Shown: piece after piece, positions 54,012-64,000 of the stretch
How the letters are laid out: each line of letters opens with the position of its first letter
How positions within the stretch are numbered: the stretch's first letter is position 1
The notes under the pieces: model-generated
Seen by the model: only the letters and a program-made list of their open reading frames with translations
The model's database searches: none
Told to the model about the DNA's origin: nothing
Assembly (NCBI RefSeq): GCF_006345805.1
Contig: NC_043000.1
Location: forward strand, 146,320,001 to 146,384,000
DNA: 64,000 nt
Source: Octopus sinensis
Taxonomy: Eukaryota
Reading direction: 5' to 3'
Program-made: the position numbers and the translations under genes

Positions 54012-54058
<47 letters not shown>

Positions 54059-54888
54059 ACAACGAATTTCTCAATTGATTTAATGCGTCTTCTACAGTTT
54101 TTCTAACTAGCTTTACAAAAGAAATAAAATGTGCTTTCTCTAAGGTTATGTCCTGACTTTTTAGATAAAGTGTGAAAGCTGCATTGACTTTTTCACTGCT
54201 GCTTTTAAGTTATTTACTAAATAAAATATTGAATGGAAGCCATTAACATCAGTAATGCTATGTTTTTAGTTAATCCTGATTATTTTTTCTTTTTCATTTT
54301 AAGAGTAGAAGCAATCAGTCGCAGGTAACTTAAAACTGCATTCCACAATACAACTTTGATAATGTTATATCGTCAGACCCACGTATTTATTGTTGGTGAT
54401 TAGCCAAAATATCAGCCCTCATCCAGCAAATCTATAATCTAAGTACTTCGAGTAACATCCATTCTATCAAAGAAAAACATATCCAACTTGCCCTTTTTCT
54501 GAATAACGCTATGGTACGATTTAAATGATGGTTGTTTTCTTATTTCAGCTAGTTTAGCAACTGCCTGAAGGTTCTCCGTTAATTCGATTTATCTAGTACA
54601 AACAACACACATTCATACACATACACAGAAATATATCATGTATATATATATATATATATATATAGATATATATAATATATAATATATATATATTATATAT
54701 ATATATATACATATATATGTGGGTTTATATTAAATATATATATATATATTACGGAGATGTACTTCCATAGTAAGTGACCTGATCTGAAATCGTGTGCTAA
54801 AACAAAAACCATTGCAGCGTGGAAGGTGTTTATAAGCCATTTAAAGATACACGAAAACCGGTAGATTCACTTCAACATTTAAATTTAA

Positions 54889-54939
54889 TTTGTCAAAATA
54901 TTTTCGTCGCTATGAGACCGCGACCTGTTCACTAACAAA
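54889..54939 (-). ncRNA. Minimal type I hammerhead-like motif with a G3-C8 swapped core
   Basis: TTTGTTA-GTGAACA-G-GTCGC(GGTCTCATA)GCGAC-GAA-AATATT-T-TGACAAA: 7-bp stem I, 5-bp stem II and a palindromic helix III. A degenerate inverted copy lies at 54972-55020. Confidence 0.6.
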
Positions 54940-55079
54940 ATTCCATGCTGCATCTCGTGACGCAAGGAATTTTCTCAGAGAACAGGTTGAGGTCTCATAA
55001 CGACGAAAATATATGAGTAATTAAATTTAAATGCTGAAAAGGATCTAAATATTCGTGTGTGTGTATATATATATATATA

Positions 55080-55126
<47 letters not shown>

Positions 55127-55228
55127 ATATATATATATATACATATATATACATATATATACATTAATATATATATTATATCAAAAGAGGGGGGGGTGTT
55201 TCCATGCAGGAAAAAATACAGGAAAATG

Positions 55229-56960
55229 TGTTATTGAAAATTTACCTAATTTCAAAAATCGCAAATGTTTTAAAATACATTTATTTACATATATACAAAA
55301 CTAGCTTCAACAATATTTTTTGTTTATCAATTGTAAAGTTATGAATTAGAAAAACATCTTTAAAAGTTTCAATGTTCACTAATTAAAATGTGTTTTTAAG
55401 TACCCGGAGTTGCTTTCCTGGAGTTTACATTACTAGATAGAAAATACCTGGCCAGTCTAATCAACAATGGAATAGAACGTGCAAAAATGATAGACATCAA
55501 AGAGTTAGAGAAAACAAGAAAACACCATGACACACTTAAAACTCTATCTTATATATCAACACACAATCCAAGAAACATGGAAGCATGCATCATCCACCAA
55601 AACATACCCCTCCTTATGAAGGACCCGAGAATGAAGAAATCACTGGAAACTCATAGAATTATTAAAAGCAAGAGACAAGCGCAATCCCTAAAAAAATTAC
55701 TCACCAGCGCCAAATTACCCACCAAAAAACAACTCTACAAGTCAAAAAGTGTAACTGCCCTAACTGCGGAACTTGCTTCTTCCTTTTAGGGGTCTCAACA
55801 TACACATTTATGTCAGGTCAAGGTTTTACCATAAAATATGACTTCACCTGTGCTTCGAAGCACTTAATCTATGTTCTTAATTTGGAGTTTGTGGTGGTGA
55901 TTACATTGGTAAAACTAGCTTAACTTTGAGAGATTGACTTGAGGGATAGATAGCCAGCAAATCCGGGACCCCACCACTAGGAAAATTCCCGAAAGCAAGC
56001 ACCTAGACTAATGCCCCGTAGACATAAACCCTAAATACCGAATCTTCCCTCTCTATCAATGCACTGGAAATACGTCAACCGAATTCCGTTTAAATAAGGA
56101 AAACATAGTGATTAAAAAATATAAACCACAGTTGAATATACTTTAGAAAGAAAGAAAAACAGTAAAAAGAAAAGAAAGAAGAATCAATTTCAACGCAAAA
56201 AACCAACCAGGAATAATAATGTTTTTTTAAACTTTAATAACAAACTTCCACCCGGGTTGTTTCCACACAAACAACATTTGCCGACGTTACCTACTTCTAG
56301 TCCAATGGAATTTTACAAGCACCAGTTGCTAAGTCTAGACCAGTCAAAACCGAACTTCAACAAATACAAGGAAATGACACTTTAAGAGAACCAACCAACC
56401 GAAACGACTGATGACCGTAGCCCACAGGGAAGCCAACCAAGCAGAACGACAAGCTTGACCACGGAAAAACAAAAGTCACTAGTATTTTAACGAATCAAAA
56501 ATTAGATCCACTCGTGGAAAAAATTATAAATACATCTGATTCCAAAATATATCACTACAAGCGAAAGCATCTGCTAGAAGAGGATCCGAAAAACTGTAAA
56601 CCAAATTCCTTTTTTTTAGTATCTTCATTTCACCCTTGTATGACTTGTGGACCACCACTAAAATTAATGAACTTTGTACATTCAAACAAATTGGTATACA
56701 GTGTTAATACTATTGACTGCTATGAACATTCAAACTTACACCTGTCCTCCTAATTCACAATGCTAAATTTATCTGTTTTCAACATGCTAATTTATGAACA
56801 TTGAAACATTTTAGTTTGTCAACATCGAAACATTTAAAGATGTTTTTCTACTTCATAACTTTACCATTGATAAACAAAAAATATTGTTGAAATCAGTTTG
56901 GTATATATGTAAATAAGTGAGTTTACGAGTTTTTGAAATTTAGGGACATTTTCAACAACA
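55229..56960 (+). mobile_element. Penelope-like element fragment (RT C-terminus, Cys linker and GIY-YIG endonuclease, decayed) enclosed by about 160-bp inverted repeats
   Basis: THNPRN..SKRQAQSLKKLLTSAK, CNCPNCGTC, FTCASKHLIYVL..GDYIGKT..SKHLD..RIFPLYQC..IKKYKPQLN across frames. Inverted repeats at about 55229-55390 and 56775-56960. Confidence 0.85.
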
Positions 56961-57059
56961 CACGTGTGTGTGTGCGTGGGTTTGTGCATGTGTTTATGGG
57001 TATGTGTGTTTGTATGTGTGTATGTGTGCGTGTGTGTGTGCATTTAAGTGAATGTTTGT

Positions 57060-57266
57060 ATATGTGTGTTTGTCCCCCTACGACAGCTTAACAACCGAAG
57101 CTTGTGTGCTTACGTCCCCGTAACATTGCGGTTCGACAAAACAGACAGATAGAATAGGTACTAGGCTTACAAAGAATATGTTCTGGTGTCGATGTGTTCG
57201 ACTACAGACGGTGCTCCAGCAGGGCCGCACTCAAATGACTGAAACAAATGATAGAGTAAAAGAGTA
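57060..57266 (+). mobile_element. SINE family B 3' half (decayed)
   Basis: GTTTGTCCCC..GACGGTGCTCCAGCA..AAATGACTGAAACA. Confidence 0.75.
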
Positions 57267-57307
57267 TAAATATATATATATATATATATATATAGATATA
57301 GATATAT

Positions 57308-57522
57308 ATATCGTGTACGTTAAAACACAATAAGAGGCTTCCAAATAGGAAAGCCTCGTGCTAGAAAGAGCAGTAGAAAACTCAAACCACTAATTAGGGA
57401 TAAATATGCTCATTCCTTTCGAGAATTTATTCCTAATTAGTGCTTTGAGTTTTCTACTGCTCTTTCTAGCACACGACTTTCCTATTTGGAAGCCTCTTAA
57501 TGTGTTTTAATGTACACGATAT
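57308..57522. mobile_element. Palindromic MITE-like element (about 100-bp arms)
   Basis: ATATCGTGTAC..GTACACGATAT termini; the arms pair over nearly their whole length. Confidence 0.82.
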
Positions 57523-57547
57523 TTTTATGTGAATAATATATAGTCTA

Positions 57548-57961
57548 TTACTCTTTTACTCTTTTACTTGTTTCAGTCATTTGACTGCGGCCATGCTGGA
57601 GTACCGCCTTTAGTCGAGCAAATCGACCCCGGGACTTATTCTTTGTAAGCACAGTACTTATTCTATCGGTCTCTTTTGCCGAACCGCTAAGTGACGGGGA
57701 CGTAAACACACCAGCATCGGTTGTCAAGCAATGCTAGGGAGACAAACGCAGACCCACAAACACATACACACACCTACATATATATATATACATATATACG
57801 ACAGGCTCCTTTCAGTTTCCGTCTACCAAATCCACCCACAAGGCATTGTTCGGGCCAAGGCTATAGTAGAAGACACTTGGCCAAGGTGCCACGCAGTGGG
57901 ACTGAACCCGGAACCATGTGGTTGGTAAGCAAGCTACTTACCACACAACCACTCCTGCGCC
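57548..57961 (-). mobile_element. SINE family B, full length
   Basis: Family homology. Confidence 0.92.
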
Positions 57962-58552
57962 TATTAACTAATTTTTTTAGCTAGGCCACTGGTAATAATA
58001 ATTTCTATAATTCCTATTACCCTAATATTATTTATTATGTTTATATATATATGTACAGAGAGAGAGAGAGAGAGAGAGAGAGAAAATAAATAGTGAGGGA
58101 TTAGGAATCCGGGCAAAATACTTCATAAGCTCTCTATTGGGAGTATTACCTTAATGCTAAATTTATAAACTTCAACCAAAGTTAAAATTTAAAATCTAAT
58201 CCATTTATTAATTTAAACTTTAAAAGCTGAAGAATTAGACCAACCTGCTTTTACATGCAATTTTCAACAACTTTCATTTGTAAAAACATCTCAAAATCTA
58301 TCAATATTTATATCTTGATAGTAAGAGCTATCATGATGTCTTCAATATGAATAAAAATAGTATACTTTCACGTCCTAACAGTATTTCCCCACGATTCTAG
58401 ATTAAGAACTGAAAACTACTGTCTTAGACTTACTCATTACCATGAAAATCAATATCAACTTTCAACTCAATGGCCAGAGAATATCTAACCTATATAAAAT
58501 GTTAATGGGTGCTGACACATGTTTGTCATTGTCCGTCTTCCAGCTTTGGCAA

Positions 58553-58627
<75 letters not shown>

Positions 58628-58674
58628 AACTACTACCGCTGCTGCTGCTGCTGCTACTAGTACTAATACTCAGT

Positions 58675-59056
58675 GGAGGCGCAATGGCCCAGTGGTTAGG
58701 GCAGCGGACTCACGCTCATAGGATCGCGGTTTCGATTCCCAGACCGGGCGTTGTGAGTGTTTATTGAGCGAAAACACCTAAAGCTCCACGAGGCTCCGGC
58801 AGGGATGGTGGTGATCCCTGCTGTACTCTTTCACCACAACTTTCTCTCACTCTTACTTCCTGTTTCTGTTGTACCTGTATTTCAAAGGGCCGGCCTTGTC
58901 ACTCTCTGTGTCACGCTGAATATCCCCGAGAACTACGTTAAGGGTACACGTGTCTGTGGAGTGCTCAGCCACTTACACGTTAATTTCACGAGCAGGCTGT
59001 TCCGTTGATTCGGATCAACCAGAACCCTCGTCGTCGTAACCGACGGAGTGCTTCCA
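58675..59056 (+). mobile_element. SINE family C, full length with TSD
   Basis: AGTACTAATACT occurs on both flanks. Confidence 0.93.
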
Positions 59057-59399
59057 TTCCATTCCAGTACTAATACTACTACTAATTCTAACTTTCTCCT
59101 GTTCTCTATTCTACTTGAACATTCCATTCTTCCCTCGCCTTTCCCGCACAATAGTCATTCCTCATGTGTTCTGCTCGTTATTTCCAGAAATGGCTCTGAC
59201 GAAAGCAGCATTAATTTTCTTAGGTCGTTCAATTTACCTCAGTTGATCGATAATACAATTGAGTAAAACTATCAGTAATCATTACCTGTAATGATTACTG
59301 GAATGATTACTGGAAACAGCGGTAAGACAAATTTGCTCTAATTAAGGAATTATATGAAATGATCATTATTTTAAACTTGTTTCTTCTATATATACAAAT

Positions 59400-59775
59400 A
59401 GGAATTACTGTGTGGTAAGAAGCTTGCTTCCCAACCACATGGTTTCGGTTTCAGTCCCAATGCATGACACCTTCGGCAAGTGTCTTGTACTTTAGCCACA
59501 GACCAGTAAAAAACTTGTGAGTGGAATCGGTGGACGGAAACTGAAAGACGCCTGTCGTATATGTGTGTGTGCGCGTGTGTGTGTGTGTGTGTGTGTGTGT
59601 ATCCCCACCATCGCTGGACAACCGATGTTGGTGTGTTTGCATCTCTGTAACTTAACGGTTTGGCACAAGATACTAATAGAATAGGATTAAAAAGAATAAT
59701 TATGTGTTCGATTCGTTTGACTGAAGGCAGTGCTCCAGCATAACCGCAGTGAAATGACTGAAACAAGTAAGAGAA
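59400..59775 (+). mobile_element. Diverged SINE family B
   Basis: Family homology with more substitutions. Confidence 0.82.
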
Positions 59776-60409
59776 TAAAGGAATACAAGAATATATATAT
59801 ATATATATATTACTCTTGAAACGAATATTAAATAAGTATAAATACCACATCACTTACAAACCCTCCTCTATAATGATCAATGCATTAGCAGCTTTCGAGT
59901 TACTGTGATTTTCAATGTCTCATTATTATCCTTATGTCTATTAATAATATTGATTTCTGATTAAGACAGAATGCCACATTTTCAGTAGCCTGCAGTCGAT
60001 AAGATCAAATATACATCTTATCTGGTCCTGATTATAAGGAATATTTTCAAGTTAATCTCAAGAATTGGTAGTTGAACACATTTCAATAGTAATTTGATAT
60101 CATGAATATCGCCATTCCGAAAGCAGTATTCCATATTAAGCCTCTAAACAGGAAAATGCTTCATTCTTTTACAGGTTTCAATGATTACGCCGTTTATTCT
60201 GGAGCACTTTTCTGAGAGCTATAACCACTTACATTGACCCCAGTAATTGTAGTGAGTTGAGTTGAATAATATAAACATTACTACCTTTGATACAAGCAAA
60301 GATTGAGGCCTTTAAAAGTTGCAGAATTGTGCATTATTTTAATAGCACAATCCGTTATGTTTCTACATTGATTTAGCACTATTAAATTTAATAGAATTTA
60401 AGATATACA

Positions 60410-60554
60410 TGTTTCATTTAACAGTTATGTCTATCCAACCCCTAAGTTACTGGGATATAAACACACCAGTCGTTGTCAGGCAATCGATGTTGGGGCAACA
60501 GACACACAGACACACAAACATATACACACACATAGATACATACATATTATATAT

Positions 60555-60610
<56 letters not shown>

Positions 60611-60745
60611 GGGCTTTTTTCAGTTTCTCTCAACTAAATCCACTCACAGGCTTTGGTCGGCCCGAGGCTATAGTAGAAGACACTTCCCAAGGTGCCACGG
60701 CGTGGGACTGAACCCGGAATCATGGGGTTCGTCAGCAAGCTACTT
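60410..60745 (-). mobile_element. Diverged, truncated SINE family B
   Basis: AAATCCACTCACAGGCTTTGGTCGGCCCGAGGCTATAGTAGAAGACAC segment. Confidence 0.78.
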
Positions 60746-61289
60746 TTTTTCATAAAATTGGCCATGAAAGCCGTACATATATATGTAGCTGCGGGCTGGA
60801 CAATGACATTATTGTGATGAGGAGGCACACAAAATCTTCATCGTTGCAAGTCCTCCTGACCTCAAGTAGTTCTTCTTGGGTGACGGCCTCCACAGGTGTT
60901 GAGAGGAATTCTTTGGGATTTGAATAAAACACTTCTAGAAGCATATGTCTGTTGTTCAACATCCTTAAATAACCCTTATTCAGGGAACCTTTGAGTGGGA
61001 TGGGCTACTCGATCTGAAGAAAATTCTAACTGGACCCGACCTGCAAGATCATGTGCTGTTTATCTTGATATGAGGACACCATGTCGCGCACATATGGTTG
61101 TTATGCATGTGCCTGGTGTACCTTTTTTGAGACGGGTAGCCATGATGGGTATACTGGACAGACTTTTCAGTACAAGCAGAAGGAATAAATACAAATGCAA
61201 GAAACATAAATGCGCGAGATGAATAAAAAAACAAAAACAAAAAATAGAATAATAACAACAACAACTACTACTACAACAACAATAATCTT

Positions 61290-61676
61290 TTCTACTGAAG
61301 GCTCAAGGCCTCAAATTTCTTGGGTGGGGTATAGTCAATTATATCGACCCCAGTGTTTCCCTGGTACTTAATTTATCGACCCCGAAAGGATGAAGAGTAA
61401 ATCGATCTTGGCTTAATTCGAACGTGGAAGGTTGCGACGGGCGAAATACCTATTTCTTTACTACCCACAAGGGGCTAAACACAGAGGGTACAAACAAGGA
61501 CAGACAAACGGATTAAGTCGATTATATCGACCCCAGTGCGTAACTGGTATTTAATCGACCCCAAAAGGATAAAAGGTAAAGTCGACCTCGGCGGAATTTG
61601 AACTCAGAACGTAGCGGCAGACGAAATACCGCTAAGCATTTCGCCCGGCGTGCTAACGTTTCTGCAAGCTCGCCGC
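61290..61676 (-). mobile_element. SINE family A dimer (full unit plus head-truncated unit)
   Basis: Junction AAAGAAATA-GGTATTTC-G at about 61443-61460, identical in type to the junctions at 1.7-1.9 kb. Confidence 0.88.
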
Positions 61677-61678
61677 TG

Positions 61679-61680
61679 TA

Positions 61681-61754
<74 letters not shown>

Positions 61755-61789
61755 TAATAATAATAATAATAAGAAGAAGAAGAAGAAGA

Positions 61790-61863
<74 letters not shown>
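61679..61863. repeat. Compound (AAT)n(AAG)n(GAT)n microsatellite
   Basis: Directly visible. Confidence 0.95.
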
Positions 61864-62018
61864 AGGACAAACCTATTTCGATATGTTCCAAATCTGGCTC
61901 TTGGAACCGCTCGAATACTCCGGAAGGTGCTCGAAAAATAAGAAGTATTACCTAAATTTGCCGGTAGTGAACAGCTGACACTGTAAAACATCTCCAGCAT
62001 TAGAAGCTGTGCAACGGC
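61864..62018 (+). mobile_element. R4/Dong-like element, 3' terminal fragment
   Basis: ALGTARILRKVLEK-stop and a 3' UTR homologous to 21095-21250; followed by (AAT)n. Confidence 0.85.
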
Positions 62019-64000
62019 AATAATAATAATAATAATAATAGTAATAATAATATTAATAATAATAATAATAATAACAACAACAACAATAATAATAATTATT
62101 ATGGGAGAATGGGGATAGAATAACTTCACTTTCACATCTATTTTGAAGACAGGAGTATATGACGGGTGTGTCAGTTTGTTCCTATAACAAGAAGCAATGC
62201 TCCTGAATGAGAAGTTTCAGGACAAGGTTAGTAAATTTCTGAGCTTTTCGTTGATTACAAAACAGTGACACTTTCCACAAGGGATTTGTTTAAGATGCAA
62301 TGATACTCTTTCGGTTTTTCCTGTGTCCTATCGACCAACCCACATGGAGTTCTGAAATTATATGTTATTCGAACAATTAAAATTTCTTAATGATGCAGAC
62401 TTGGTTATGTGTTTTACAAGATCGCTTCGTATATATGTGATTTCGAGGTCAATTTCATTATGCCCACAATTTGTGACTTCATCCACTACACATGTAAACT
62501 AGTTCGCTGTGAGGTACATTTGTTTAGCAGAGACTGTAAAATCAGATCGATTTTGGGGTGTTAGACTTAAACCTTCGCTCAGTTTAATATTATATGTTAA
62601 CCCTTGTATGTCTTCAGTAGAAACCGTATTATTGCAAGTATTCGATCCATCTCTGTGGCTAGAGATATTTTTCTTCCTTCTTTCTACCGTCTCAGAGTCA
62701 CTGCATAAAGTTATAAGCACTGTCTTTCCCCCCTCTAAATCATTAAAAATTAAACTGATTCTCTTAAACTACATTATTGTCATGTTCCATAGCAAAAACA
62801 AATTGCACAGCATATTGCACCATGACATCAGCTAAAATATAAACATCAAAAACATAAGACAGTATATTTGCTTCGATTTGTAATGCAAAAATAAAATGTA
62901 TAGAGTCAGCTTTCGTAGGTTTTCTATTACACTGCCAGGAGCAGAAATTATACGAATGGTTTCATTTATCATATAAATCTCATGTAATTCTGCATTTACT
63001 AATATACAGTTCCAAGTGATGTAAAACTATTGAATAATATACAGAAAGGAATATAAAACACATCGAATTAACAACATCACGTTTTGTGTATTTTGATGAT
63101 ATTTTTGTGGTTTATTTTTTCACGTTTTTGGAAGATTTAAAATTATTTAATGTTATTATTTTTAGTCGTATATTTGGTCAAACGTGAGTAAAAGCAAAAA
63201 TTTTCTTGGTGCCTCTCATAAGGTATTTACACTTCTCATCTAAACATATGTGACCTGTGCAGTAATATATCAATTTTAGAATGCAAATAGCAAAAGTCTC
63301 CAAAAGAAATTATCACCGATTTAAATCGAATCATCACAAAATTGTAGATTCGAACGTGCAGGCTGATATATTTTCATGAACGGAACTTTTGCTATATTTT
63401 GCATTTTCTGGACAAAATTCTGTGTGATCTTTATAATTAATGCAACTGATATTGTTCACAGGAACTGCTTCTCTCGATTTAAGCTGCTGCGACCGAGGCC
63501 CTTTTATTTTGGTTTTGTATCAGCAAGGTTAATCCATAGTAATTGTTTTGTGTTGGTGTTGGTTACGTTGCGATTAGTGTCAGTTTTGAAACACAACATC
63601 TTAGTTGTATAACTACAACTGTTTTTTTTTCCGCACAGACCCATTGGATGCGATGTCAATAAATTCATATAAATAAGAGTTGATAGGAAGATCATCTTAC
63701 ACATGCAATAACCAACAAGTGCGTGATTTACTGATAATCTTACTGTATAGAGATTTATACGAGAGGTTGCTGAAGAGATACTAGCTTTAAAAGTATCACG
63801 AAAGGCCTAGCGGGAGGGTCCAAACTTCCGAATTCTTTTACAAAATTTAGAAAAACTGAAGTATAGCTGCAATGGGTGTATGAATCTGATAGGGGAATAG
63901 GTTGAATAAAGTCATAAGTAACTGATCCTCCTGCATTTTCTTTTGTACAAAACCAGGAACTTTTCAGCACCACCTCGTACTTGTTATTTATAATCTAATC

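Noticed and set aside
56401-56432. GAAACGACTGATGACC in the Penelope 3' region
   Set aside because: The order and pairing do not give a hammerhead fold by hand.
62499-62720. Protein-like minus-strand ORF (DSETVERRKKNISSH..) as a possible exon
   Set aside because: Weak donor (GTACCT), no recognised homology and an overlapping ORF on the other strand.

Overview
AT-rich, microsatellite-dense eukaryotic DNA. The repeat content looks like an octopus (coleoid cephalopod) genome, inferred from repeat style only. No host protein-coding gene can be supported with confidence, and nearly all long ORFs in the track are microsatellite, SINE or decayed transposon read-throughs. The window holds three recurring tRNA-headed SINE families (called A, B and C here). 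It also has decayed LINEs of several clades: CR1-group, RTE, R4/Dong-like and a possible L1/Tx1-type 3' UTR. A Penelope-like GIY-YIG fragment, a mariner 5' end, three non-autonomous Helitrons and several foldback elements are present too. The most notable signal is a set of self-cleaving-ribozyme-like motifs in retroelements, all folded by hand and untested. These are minimal type I hammerheads in three unrelated repeats (one behind a tRNA-like Pol III head, one with a swapped G3-C8 core next to the Penelope fragment) and a possible HDV-like fold at the exact 5' end of an internally deleted R4-like element. SINE family A shares its 3' tail with a LINE-like 3' UTR in this window and forms concatemers through an 8-nt microhomology.
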